The notes beneath the pieces were generated by a model. That model made no database searches, was not told the DNA's origin, and saw only the letters and a list, made by a program, of their open reading frames with translations. This document shows positions 6,857 to 14,052 of a DNA stretch of 24,592 nucleotides, piece by piece (positions within the stretch are counted from its first letter, which is position 1; every line of letters begins with the position of its first letter). The stretch comes from a virus (Duplodnaviria > Caudoviricetes): positions 1 to 24,592 of the IMG/VR virus record IMGVR_UViG_3300032318_001070. One strand, written 5' to 3'. The position numbers and the translations under genes were made by a program.

Positions 6857-7100
6857 GATAACGATCAAAGAGGCAAGCAAGGAAGTAACCGGTTGGATGA
6901 AAGAGATTACTTTCGAGCGAAAGGGAGAAACTTATATTGCCACCCTTTATTGGGATTTTTATAAGGGTTACGATATTACTTTCCATAATAAGACTAATAA
7001 AACTCCTGAGTGGGTTTATGAGTGGCAAGATAGCCAGCAGTACGGGGCTGAAAGCCTGGAATATACGCTTGATTGCCTAACCGAAAGAGAGGGAGAATAA
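6849..7100 (+). CDS. Hypothetical protein
   Basis: 83 aa, GAGGGAGAGAGTAATG junction. Confidence 0.75.
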   Translation: MSEITIKEASKEVTGWMKEITFERKGETYIATLYWDFYKGYDITFHNKTNKTPEWVYEWQDSQQYGAESLEYTLDCLTEREGE

Positions 7101-7252
7101 TGAAGTGCGATTACTGCAAAGAGGAAAGCTGGAAAGAGATGTGCGATTGCTGCGCTGAGGCTGATGAGGCTGGCGTATTAAAGGAATATTTAGCCGGAAC
7201 TGCTGAGTGTCCAGCTTGTGCAAGAGAGAAGGCAAGTAATGAGCGATTATAG
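7100..7252 (+). CDS. Small Cys-rich protein (not in ORF track)
   Basis: MKCDYCKEESWKEMCDCCAEADEAGVLKEYLAGTAECPACAREKASNERL. TAATG coupling. Confidence 0.7.
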   Translation: MKCDYCKEESWKEMCDCCAEADEAGVLKEYLAGTAECPACAREKASNERL

Positions 7253-7412
7253 GTACGCAGTGGATCCGGTATTTGACGATAACTCTGAATGGGTCAAGTG
7301 CAAGGCGTGTGAGAGAGAGTATGACCGTAAAGAATATAAATCCGACACTTGTGTCGAGTGTGATAACCAATCAACCAATAAACAAGAGAGAGAGAGGGAG
7401 AGTAATGAATAA
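7239..7412 (+). CDS. Small CxxC...CxxC protein
   Basis: ATG 7239 follows GAAGG and is in frame with track ORF 7218..7412. Confidence 0.65.
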   Translation: MSDYRYAVDPVFDDNSEWVKCKACEREYDRKEYKSDTCVECDNQSTNKQERERESNE

Positions 7413-7611
7413 ATTACCAAAGAGAATTAACGTTACCAAAGTAGTGAGTTATGACGTTGATAAAATTGTAGGAGATATTAAGGATATGGGAAGAGAGGAA
7501 GAGATTACTCTTGAAAGTATCCTTGATTATATTGACGGTTGGGTGCAAGAGGATTTTGGTAGTGAGCACGAACTTATATTCGCAGATGAAAATGGAGAGG
7601 AACTACAATGA
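7405..7611 (+). CDS. Hypothetical acidic protein
   Basis: ATG 7405 follows GAGGGAG and is in frame with track ORF 7273..7611. Confidence 0.7.
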   Translation: MNKLPKRINVTKVVSYDVDKIVGDIKDMGREEEITLESILDYIDGWVQEDFGSEHELIFADENGEELQ

Positions 7612-7841
7612 ATAAAGAATACTGGCAACGCAAGGCTGATCTATGTCAGAAAATAGGTATAGAGCAGCTAATGGCGGGAGATATTAAGAATGGCACACGC
7701 AACCTAAAGAGAATGGTGAGGGCTATGGAGGAACTAAACCTAATAAATACGGTAGATGAGGATAAGCCGGCTGCTGATATGTGGGCTGAACTGATCGCCG
7801 CCGGCACTACACTAACGAACAAGGGAGAAAGTAATGAATAA
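7608..7841 (+). CDS. Hypothetical protein
   Basis: 77 aa, ATGA overlap, GAGG RBS. Confidence 0.75.
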   Translation: MNKEYWQRKADLCQKIGIEQLMAGDIKNGTRNLKRMVRAMEELNLINTVDEDKPAADMWAELIAAGTTLTNKGESNE

Positions 7842-8121
7842 CAGCGAGGTTAAATTAGTATTTACTGCACACTTACAGGTAGCCGGTGAGGGTGAAACCG
7901 CAATAGAGAACGCGATAGAGAAGGCGCGAGATGAGTACGGTAGTGAGGTAGCTGAGTATGGTGAGTTCACTATCACCGGCACAATAAAGACCGCTAAAGA
8001 TCCGGTAAAAAAGCCGGTGTGGACTTGCCCTATCTGCAAGGCAACTACTACTAATCCGGAGGATAGGCTAATAGAATATGCCGGTATGCACTTAGGCTGC
8101 AAGGGAAAGAAAGGAAAATAA
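7834..8121 (+). CDS. Hypothetical protein with a CxxC...HxxC Zn motif
   Basis: 95 aa, AAGGGAG RBS. Confidence 0.75.
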   Translation: MNNSEVKLVFTAHLQVAGEGETAIENAIEKARDEYGSEVAEYGEFTITGTIKTAKDPVKKPVWTCPICKATTTNPEDRLIEYAGMHLGCKGKKGK

Positions 8122-8378
8122 TGGATAAGTTAGGTAAAGTAATAGCTTTTCACCCGGTTAAATCGGGGCTAAAGTTATTTTATGAAGTGATCGAGCCCGA
8201 CGGGGAGACTAGATGGGGAGGGGAGAGAGCCTTCGACGCTATTAGCTGGCTACACCTTGCCCCGAAAGGGTCTAGACTGCTGGTATCGGGGTGGGAGAGC
8301 GACGATCTAGACGCTCAGCCAGTAGGACAACCGCTAGATGTAACCGAGATTTATCAACTACTAACAAGGGAGAAGTAA
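8121..8378 (+). CDS. Hypothetical protein
   Basis: 85 aa, TAATG coupling. Confidence 0.75.
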   Translation: MDKLGKVIAFHPVKSGLKLFYEVIEPDGETRWGGERAFDAISWLHLAPKGSRLLVSGWESDDLDAQPVGQPLDVTEIYQLLTREK

Positions 8379-8464
8379 TGAGTCTATTTATAGGGATACT
8401 GGTAGCATTGGTGGTCGTATATGCGTTATTGGTCTTGGAGGAAAAACTTAATGACGATAACTGA
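8378..8464 (+). CDS. Tiny membrane peptide (not in ORF track)
   Basis: MSLFIGILVALVVVYALLVLEEKLNDDN. AAGGGAG RBS and TAATG coupling. Confidence 0.6.
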   Translation: MSLFIGILVALVVVYALLVLEEKLNDDN

Positions 8465-8741
8465 GAAAAGAATTGAAAGCGCAAAAAGGCAAGCGGTATC
8501 TTACCGGAATTACCGGAGAGCTAGAGATCGTGCGCTAGTAAGGTTGGCAAACGCCTACCCGGAAACTTACAAGGAATTACTTGAACAGGAAAAGGTGGCA
8601 GATGTACAACTTGGTAAAAAGTGGATTGATATTGACGGTAGTACTATCCCTGCTATGGATACTCGCACCTACAGTTCAATCACCGGATCACTTACCGGTG
8701 GTAGCGCAGATGTCGCAGAGGGAGAGGGCGACAGCAAGTGA
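8451..8741 (+). CDS. Hypothetical protein with an Arg-rich helical N-terminus
   Basis: ATG 8451 follows GGAGG. Contains YRNYRRARDRALVRL. Confidence 0.65.
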   Translation: MTITEKRIESAKRQAVSYRNYRRARDRALVRLANAYPETYKELLEQEKVADVQLGKKWIDIDGSTIPAMDTRTYSSITGSLTGGSADVAEGEGDSK

Positions 8742-9024
8742 GAAACGAAACAACAAACGGATCGCAAGAGAATATAGTGCAGCTCTCGGCTATACGAAAA
8801 GAGAAACATATTGCCTCATCACCCTATGGACCCGTGAGAGCAGGTTTGACCACCTTGCAAGGAACCAGCAGGGATCAAGCGCTTACGGAATTGCTCAACT
8901 CCTTAGAGAGCGTAGTAGCAGCCCTGAACTCCAAGTCCTACACGGCATTAGATACATTAGCCATCGCTATTCAGGGAGCGCGTGTCGCGCTCTCAGCCAC
9001 TCCAATAGAAGAGGGTGGTACTGA
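8602..9024 (+). CDS. Secreted or membrane-anchored lytic transglycosylase (SLT, lysozyme-like fold)
   Basis: Hydrophobic N-terminus, then CLITLWTRES...A.N..SSAYGIAQ...Q..HG.RYI..RY...C.A......GWY, the motif set of actinobacterial SLT domains. Confidence 0.88.
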   Translation: MYNLVKSGLILTVVLSLLWILAPTVQSPDHLPVVAQMSQRERATASEKRNNKRIAREYSAALGYTKRETYCLITLWTRESRFDHLARNQQGSSAYGIAQLLRERSSSPELQVLHGIRYISHRYSGSACRALSHSNRRGWY

Positions 9025-9182
9025 TGTTTAGATATTGGTTACGCTTTGGCATATGGAAAGGTTGGGTAAGCAAACCTTACTGCGCTATGCACGACGGCGG
9101 GTTGGAGTATTACAATGAGGAAGAGCTTGAAGAACTAGAAGAAGGCGGCGATCCCTGCCAAGTTGTAGTATGCGTGCTATAG
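9024..9182 (+). CDS. Small protein with a C..HDG...DPC motif (not in ORF track)
   Basis: MFRYWLRFGIWKGWVSKPYCAMHDGGLEYYNEEELEELEEGGDPCQVVVCVL. TGATG coupling and GAGGG RBS. Confidence 0.7.
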   Translation: MFRYWLRFGIWKGWVSKPYCAMHDGGLEYYNEEELEELEEGGDPCQVVVCVL

Positions 9183-9183
9183 T
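9155..9183 (+). promoter_or_regulatory. Extended -10 promoter
   Basis: CTGCCA (9155-9160), 17 nt spacer, TATAGT (9178-9183) preceded by TGn. Confidence 0.5.
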
Positions 9184-9189
9184 TTAATC

Positions 9190-9266
9190 CTTGCGGGTAG
9201 GTCTGCCTTCTACCTAACCGCTTAACAGTAGCCTCACCGTAACCTCTTTCCGGTGGGGCTACTTTA
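9190..9266 (+). ncRNA. Candidate ~75-nt sRNA with two hairpins
   Basis: Promoter upstream, no ORF, hairpins at 9193-9221 and 9227-9263 with pyrimidine-rich loops. Confidence 0.45.
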
Positions 9267-9269
9267 ATT
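9227..9269 (+). terminator. Intrinsic terminator between convergent gene blocks
   Basis: 13-bp stem AGTAGCCTCACCG/CGGTGGGGCTACT followed by TTAATT. Confidence 0.7.
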
Positions 9270-9434
9270 ATCGGTGGTATAAAAACCTTTGCCCTTGAAG
9301 GTGATAGCGGGAGAGGACCACACTCGCTGCATAGACTTGTGGCAATCAGTACACATAGGTTCTATTACCTCAGCGTGGATAGACTGTTCAATATCTCTGG
9401 TGCTACCGCACTCGCAGTTAAAAGAATAGATCAT
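9264..9434 (-). CDS. FmdB-family zinc-ribbon protein (not in ORF track)
   Basis: MIYSFNCECG...PMCTDCHKSMQRVWSSPAITFKGKGFYTTDN. The FKGxGFYxTD tail is typical of this family. Confidence 0.85.
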   Translation of the reverse strand: MIYSFNCECGSTRDIEQSIHAEVIEPMCTDCHKSMQRVWSSPAITFKGKGFYTTDN

Positions 9435-9814
9435 AGCTTTACCGCCTCGTTTATGTCTAAGTAACCTACTAACTTGTAAGTCTTGTCTTTGTTCTCAAAC
9501 TCCGTAGACACCGGCATCACTTGTGTATACCATTCTGGTTCTGGCAGATCCATAAGGTCAAAGGAATAGATACCAAGTGGAGTCGAGTTGATGTAGTACG
9601 GAATAAGATCCCGCTCTGCTGCTTGGGTAATCAGTTTGCGGTACTTCATCTCTTCGATAAGCAGGGTTGGATAGTGAGTCTGCCTGCATTTAAGTTCAAT
9701 ATAGTGAGCAGCTTTGGCGCTGGTACAATCGTAAGAGTCATAGATTCCCGGCGACTTAACTAAGTCTGGGTAAAGGCTCTGTTGAAGGTAGTTAAATAAC
9801 TCTTCTTCTTTCAT
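9431..9814 (-). CDS. PD-(D/E)XK nuclease-fold protein
   Basis: SYDC...YIELKCR motif, 127 aa. Confidence 0.65.
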   Translation of the reverse strand: MKEEELFNYLQQSLYPDLVKSPGIYDSYDCTSAKAAHYIELKCRQTHYPTLLIEEMKYRKLITQAAERDLIPYYINSTPLGIYSFDLMDLPEPEWYTQVMPVSTEFENKDKTYKLVGYLDINEAVKL

Positions 9815-10443
9815 CTAAACGGTGTCTCTCCGCCTAGTCTAAGTTGCAATCTGCGAAGAGAGGCAATACATCTACGATCAGCAGTAGATACAGCACACTC
9901 TAAGTACGCTGCTATCTGGTGTAGCGTAGCCATATCGTGATGACGCATACGCAATACAATCTGATCCTTCTCATCTAACTTTAGATAGGCTTTCTTAATA
10001 TCTATCAGGCTAGCAAGCAAGTTGCCACCTTCTGCTGGTGATGATGAACCGCGTGGTTGACCGTCTCTAATCATCTCTTGTGCCTGCTCTAGTACTGTTC
10101 CATCTATGACGGAGGCAATAACAAAGGGCAGTAGCTGACCGAGGATAAGGGTTTCATAGTAAGCCTCATCCATTAACTGATAGCCAGACTTGTTAGCCTT
10201 CTCCTTGCGAACGTAACGTTCTGCTGCTCGCCTCATCTGGTAAGCAATACGCGACTGGTTGTACTCTAACTGCTTAGGATCTTCAACGCTCATCTGCTCA
10301 GTGATGTAATCATTGCGGGTGATAGCCCAAGCAATGCACTCCTGAGTGATGTCATCTTTCTCCACCCAATGCTTATAGCGCCGGTAGATTGCATAAGCAA
10401 CCGACGGCGCTAGATCGTAGGCAACAGGGTGTAGTTCACTCAC
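9811..10443 (-). CDS. Sigma-factor-like regulator (region 2- and region 4-like)
   Basis: EKDDITQEC near the N-terminus. C-terminal LDEKDQIVLRMRH...TLHQIAAYLECAVSTADRRCIASLRRL is a sigma region 4-type HTH. Start placed at GTG 10443 (track start 10473). Confidence 0.75.
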   Translation of the reverse strand: MSELHPVAYDLAPSVAYAIYRRYKHWVEKDDITQECIAWAITRNDYITEQMSVEDPKQLEYNQSRIAYQMRRAAERYVRKEKANKSGYQLMDEAYYETLILGQLLPFVIASVIDGTVLEQAQEMIRDGQPRGSSSPAEGGNLLASLIDIKKAYLKLDEKDQIVLRMRHHDMATLHQIAAYLECAVSTADRRCIASLRRLQLRLGGETPFR

Positions 10444-10837
10444 AATCAGTTGACTCGACTTCAGGCCAAACATTGTCCAAGACCATCATTGCAATAGCAG
10501 AATAGTTTAATAGATCCAAGAAACTATCACGCAAGGACTCGTTGCTAGGCTTAACGCCTGAGTCAAGCAGGTTGTTAATGCGAGCTATCTTATCCCACAT
10601 ACGTACACGCAAACCATTAAGTGGTCCACCTGGTGAGTGAGCAATATTCTTTGGGCCATAGTCTCGATGCTTACGCAATAGTAAGTTGCCAGCCTGATCC
10701 ATAATGCGCCAAACGTCAGCGACAAAGGCATCATCTATCTTGTCGGTGTAGGGCGCAAGAGAATAGTCTCTGCTTCCGTATTTATCTCTAGGATCTGAAA
10801 GCCCATATGCTGCAAAGTCTGTATCATTTGTAGCCAT
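10436..10837 (-). CDS. DUF1599 / nucleotide-modification-associated domain 1 protein
   Basis: KHRDYG..N...RMWDKIARINNL...ESLRDSFLDLLNYSAI pattern. Confidence 0.8.
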   Translation of the reverse strand: MATNDTDFAAYGLSDPRDKYGSRDYSLAPYTDKIDDAFVADVWRIMDQAGNLLLRKHRDYGPKNIAHSPGGPLNGLRVRMWDKIARINNLLDSGVKPSNESLRDSFLDLLNYSAIAMMVLDNVWPEVESTDCE

Positions 10838-10847
10838 TCTTCTCTAC

Positions 10848-11498
10848 TCACCCTTTCGGTTCGCCCACTAGCAATGCTCTGGTGGCGTCTGCCCCATATG
10901 CTAAGTAGTAATCATTTATATCCATACCCGGAGGTAGTGTAACAATAGTTGAGTTAAGTATCTCATTGGCGACACGCTTAGAGAAGTCAGCACCGGGGTT
11001 AGATCCATCTTCTTTAATATCGTTATCGCCTACAACGTAGACTGTTTCATAACCTGTAAATAACTTAGGAAAGTGTGGCTTCCAAGACTGCACACCAGGT
11101 ACTCCGACTGCTGGAATACCTAACATACCGCTAGTAACTACCGCATCTAACTCACCTTCGCAGATAACTATATGCGGTGATAGTGGTAGCACATCTGCCA
11201 CGTTGTACAGGTGTGCCTTCTGTCCAGTTGGTGAACCATACTTAGGTTTGCCATCATCAAGACGACGGAACTTAAAGCCTACGCAACCGCCACCAGCGGT
11301 GATGTAAGGAATAGATATCCACCCCTCATACATCTCGTGTCCGTTGATCGGCTCTGTTACTGTGCCAAGTTGAAACTTAGCTGCTGCAAGTTCAGATATC
11401 CCACGTTCTTCTAGCGCGACTAGAGTTTCCGGACTTACCTCTTGGGCGTATCTCTGCGCCGCTTCCAGTAGCAATTTCGACTGCACGTTTGAGGCCAT
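10848..11498 (-). CDS. DNA primase, TOPRIM part
   Basis: ISIPY, FKFR, PKY, ICEGELD, GVPG, GDND and DIND motifs. Confidence 0.9.
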   Translation of the reverse strand: MASNVQSKLLLEAAQRYAQEVSPETLVALEERGISELAAAKFQLGTVTEPINGHEMYEGWISIPYITAGGGCVGFKFRRLDDGKPKYGSPTGQKAHLYNVADVLPLSPHIVICEGELDAVVTSGMLGIPAVGVPGVQSWKPHFPKLFTGYETVYVVGDNDIKEDGSNPGADFSKRVANEILNSTIVTLPPGMDINDYYLAYGADATRALLVGEPKG

Positions 11499-11769
11499 CT
11501 CTAAACTCCAAGTTCTCTATGATGCAGACAATACTGACTGCGTTACCACCCTTGCCGCAGGTATGGCAAAAGTACAAATTGTTATAAGTATTTATTACAG
11601 CAGACCTGCGTGTGTCGCTATGCAAGCAACACTTAACTGATACATCTTGACCTTCTCGTACTTCACCACCGAAGTAAGAAACGATTGGGCCTATGGGGAT
11701 TGAGTTTGCAGAAGCGGAGTTCTTACTCCCTCGACCTTTACCCAACCTTGACCAGTCTTGTGCTGGCAT
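11392..11769 (-). CDS. DNA primase, CHC2 zinc-binding part
   Basis: CCLHSDTRRSA...YFCHTCGKGGNA. Overlaps the TOPRIM ORF by 107 nt. Confidence 0.85.
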   Translation of the reverse strand: MPAQDWSRLGKGRGSKNSASANSIPIGPIVSYFGGEVREGQDVSVKCCLHSDTRRSAVINTYNNLYFCHTCGKGGNAVSIVCIIENLEFRDGLKRAVEIATGSGAEIRPRGKSGNSSRARRTWDI

Positions 11770-11864
11770 ACACACCCCTCGCACTTCTCGTGCCAATGAG
11801 CTGCACGCTTTAGATGATTAGCCTTGTTTTCTTCGCCGGCTTTATAACAGTTAGAACAGATCAC
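11691..11864 (-). CDS. Small Cys/His-rich protein (not in ORF track)
   Basis: MICSNCYKAGEENKANHLKRAAHWHEKCEGCVCQHKTGQG..., GTGA overlap with the resolvase stop. Confidence 0.65.
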   Translation of the reverse strand: MICSNCYKAGEENKANHLKRAAHWHEKCEGCVCQHKTGQGWVKVEGVRTPLLQTQSP

Positions 11865-12304
11865 GCTTGATCTTCTTCCTCATCTAGTGCAAGTTCTACT
11901 ACTTCATCGGTGCTTAGTATTTCTGACGTGGTGATTTCACCTTCTGGTACTGGCATTTGTTTCTCCTTTAACCATTGTGCTAGATCCTGAATGACCCAGG
12001 CTTGATCTATTGAAGCGTTGCGACGCTTAACTATTACATAAGACAGTGGTACTTCCCCGATACCTCTAGCCTTCGCATAGTTAAGCGCCTCAACTTGTGC
12101 TTCTCTCCAGAACTGAGGCAAGGAAAGCGTTGCTCTGTTCTTGAGTTCAAGGATGTAAGTTTCCCCTGCGATAACAGTTACGATGTCGCCCTCATCCTTG
12201 GCCCCAGCTTTAGTCAGACGTTCTGCAATGGCACCCATCTTACGTAGCCACTTCATTACATCTGTCTCAAACTGAGAACCCTTAGTCTTGTTGTACTGAC
12301 TCAT
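11861..12304 (-). CDS. Holliday junction resolvase (Hjc-like PD-(D/E)XK)
   Basis: KGSQFE...AERL..AG.KDEGD...ILELKN motif, located in the replication module. Confidence 0.8.
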   Translation of the reverse strand: MSQYNKTKGSQFETDVMKWLRKMGAIAERLTKAGAKDEGDIVTVIAGETYILELKNRATLSLPQFWREAQVEALNYAKARGIGEVPLSYVIVKRRNASIDQAWVIQDLAQWLKEKQMPVPEGEITTSEILSTDEVVELALDEEEDQA

Positions 12305-12515
12305 CTACCAATACAACCTTATTGATTTTATAGATGACATTGTCTTCTTCATCTTTAACTAATTCGACAACACCGGATTGAAGTAGCGCACCAACAAAGT
12401 TGGTTAGGTCTACCTTGATTGCATCAACTTCTGCACGTAGTGAATTGATACTTTCACGTAGCGCATCAATCCTAAGATTCTCTCTGTACTTATTTGATAA
12501 TTCTTCTTCAGCCAT
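12282..12515 (-). CDS. Hypothetical coiled-coil protein
   Basis: 77 aa, AGGGAAG RBS. Confidence 0.7.
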   Translation of the reverse strand: MAEEELSNKYRENLRIDALRESINSLRAEVDAIKVDLTNFVGALLQSGVVELVKDEEDNVIYKINKVVLVDESVQQD

Positions 12516-12527
12516 TTACTTCCCTAT

Positions 12528-13394
12528 CTATTGTTGGACTATGTAATCGCCCTGGTATCCGTTTACTGCATCATTTCTTAGCATAACACCCCACGCATTT
12601 TTATCAGATATCTGACAGGCTGCGTAGTTTACAAACAGCGTTGCAAAGTCTTTGCCGTCTGCAGTATGTGGCCCAAAGCGGTTCTTCACAGCAGCCACCT
12701 TGAGTTCACCGTTAGATGGATCATAACCAAGCGTCAAGATTAACGCCGGGAGCTGACTCACCTTACCGTGAATGGCACGTCTAGCAGGTGGATTAGATGG
12801 TGATCCATACTCACTCTGCTCAGAGACGTGGTGTAATACAAGTACGCAGGCTTCGGTCTTACGTGCCATATCGTGGAGTTCCATCATTATCGCACGTAAG
12901 CCAGCCCACTCGTTGTCAGTCTCTGCTGCAACGTTCATTAAGTTGTCTATAATTATTAACTCTGGAGCCTCGCCATATAGCTCCACATATGCTCTGATCT
13001 CTAACTCGATATCGTCTAGTGATGGCGACGAATCAAAGACCCATTTGATATGACTTAACTTGCCAAAGTGTTTATCGTAGTAGTGCTTATCATTAGATAA
13101 GTTTAACTCCACCGATACCTGTGAATGACCGGATGCAACAGATGCTGCTCTCATCATTACAGTTGTGGTATCTGTATCTGCTGAAAAGAAAAGCGTTGAT
13201 ACGTTTGCCTTCATCGCATAGACAAGTGCAAACATAGACTTACCAGCGTTAGGTGCGGCAGCTACCATACAGACCTGTCCTCGACGGAACTTAATCTGCT
13301 TTGCTGACAGCGCCTGCCACACGTCAGGTAGTGGTGTTGCTTTGGTAAGCACCCCACTCCAAGCACGTGATAAATCAAGCACAGAACTCTCCAA
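12528..13394 (-). CDS. DnaB-like (SF4) replicative helicase, ATPase domain only
   Basis: Walker A AAPNAGKS, Walker B IIIDNL, LVLHH and KNRFG motifs. Confidence 0.88.
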   Translation of the reverse strand: MESSVLDLSRAWSGVLTKATPLPDVWQALSAKQIKFRRGQVCMVAAAPNAGKSMFALVYAMKANVSTLFFSADTDTTTVMMRAASVASGHSQVSVELNLSNDKHYYDKHFGKLSHIKWVFDSSPSLDDIELEIRAYVELYGEAPELIIIDNLMNVAAETDNEWAGLRAIMMELHDMARKTEACVLVLHHVSEQSEYGSPSNPPARRAIHGKVSQLPALILTLGYDPSNGELKVAAVKNRFGPHTADGKDFATLFVNYAACQISDKNAWGVMLRNDAVNGYQGDYIVQQ

Positions 13395-13638
13395 ACGGAA
13401 GGACTATATTATTTTTTCTACGTATTTCTTTTCTTTGGAATTCGGTTAAACCACCCCAGATTCCAAAGCGTTCGTGTCTAACGCCCCAGTCTGCACACTC
13501 AGTCTTATGAACACAGCTTCCACAAATAGAGACAATAAGTTTCTTTTCAGGAAATGAACTGCTGTTTTCTACTGGGTAGTACATCTCCGTATCTATGCCT
13601 CTACAACGTGGTTCCTCGAATTGCCAAGGACCACGCAT
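13375..13638 (-). CDS. whiB: WhiB-family Fe-S transcription factor
   Basis: C...CGSC-x5-C plus GIWGG...R. Confidence 0.93.
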   Translation of the reverse strand: MRGPWQFEEPRCRGIDTEMYYPVENSSSFPEKKLIVSICGSCVHKTECADWGVRHERFGIWGGLTEFQRKEIRRKNNIVLPFGEFCA

Positions 13639-13641
13639 CCG

Positions 13642-14052
13642 TTATCGGATCCAGATAGTCTCGCACTTGTCTGTTGCACCCTTTGGTGCAGCACACATAT
13701 AGCCCTTCCAAGGACCCTTTGCTGATGTACCTGAACGGAAAGACATCACACCGTGTCGGCAAACCTGATCTCCACCTGTTGGTGCAGGTGCTGCAACTGG
13801 CGTTGCATTAAATGCTGCAGCAACTGATGCAACTGTTGGTGCTGGTGCTGCTACCGGTGCTGGTGCTACTGCACCACCTGATAGTTCATTACCAGTAGCA
13901 CGAATGTTAAGTGCGTTCATTGCAAGATCTGCAAGACCTGATTCTAATTCTGTAACACTTGCTGCATACAGATTGATAAGCGTTCCGTCGGCTAACTTAT
14001 AGTTCACCTGGAACTTTGTTGTATCGGGTGCTGACATATTACTTTCCTCCAT
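13642..14052 (-). CDS. Hypothetical protein (Ala/Pro linker, C-terminal C-H...C...C domain)
   Basis: Likely start is ATG 14037 after GGAGG. Contains CRHG...YMC...KC. Confidence 0.7.
   Translation of the reverse strand: MEESNMSAPDTTKFQVNYKLADGTLINLYAASVTELESGLADLAMNALNIRATGNELSGGAVAPAPVAAPAPTVASVAAAFNATPVAAPAPTGGDQVCRHGVMSFRSGTSAKGPWKGYMCAAPKGATDKCETIWIR

Noticed and set aside
7161-7220. Second hammerhead-like string CTGATGA-GGCTGG...TTAGCC-GGAAC...GTC
   Set aside because: GGAA replaces the required GAAA, stems I and III do not form well, and it lies inside a plausible CDS.
3891-8484. Minus-strand track ORFs across the early block (and 3964..4209 +)
   Set aside because: They are antisense or out of frame to a fully tiled, RBS-supported, translationally coupled + strand series.
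8738-9031. Track ORF 8738..9031(+)
   Set aside because: It lies almost entirely over the conserved SLT catalytic domain in another frame. The GTGA coupling is noted but is insufficient support.
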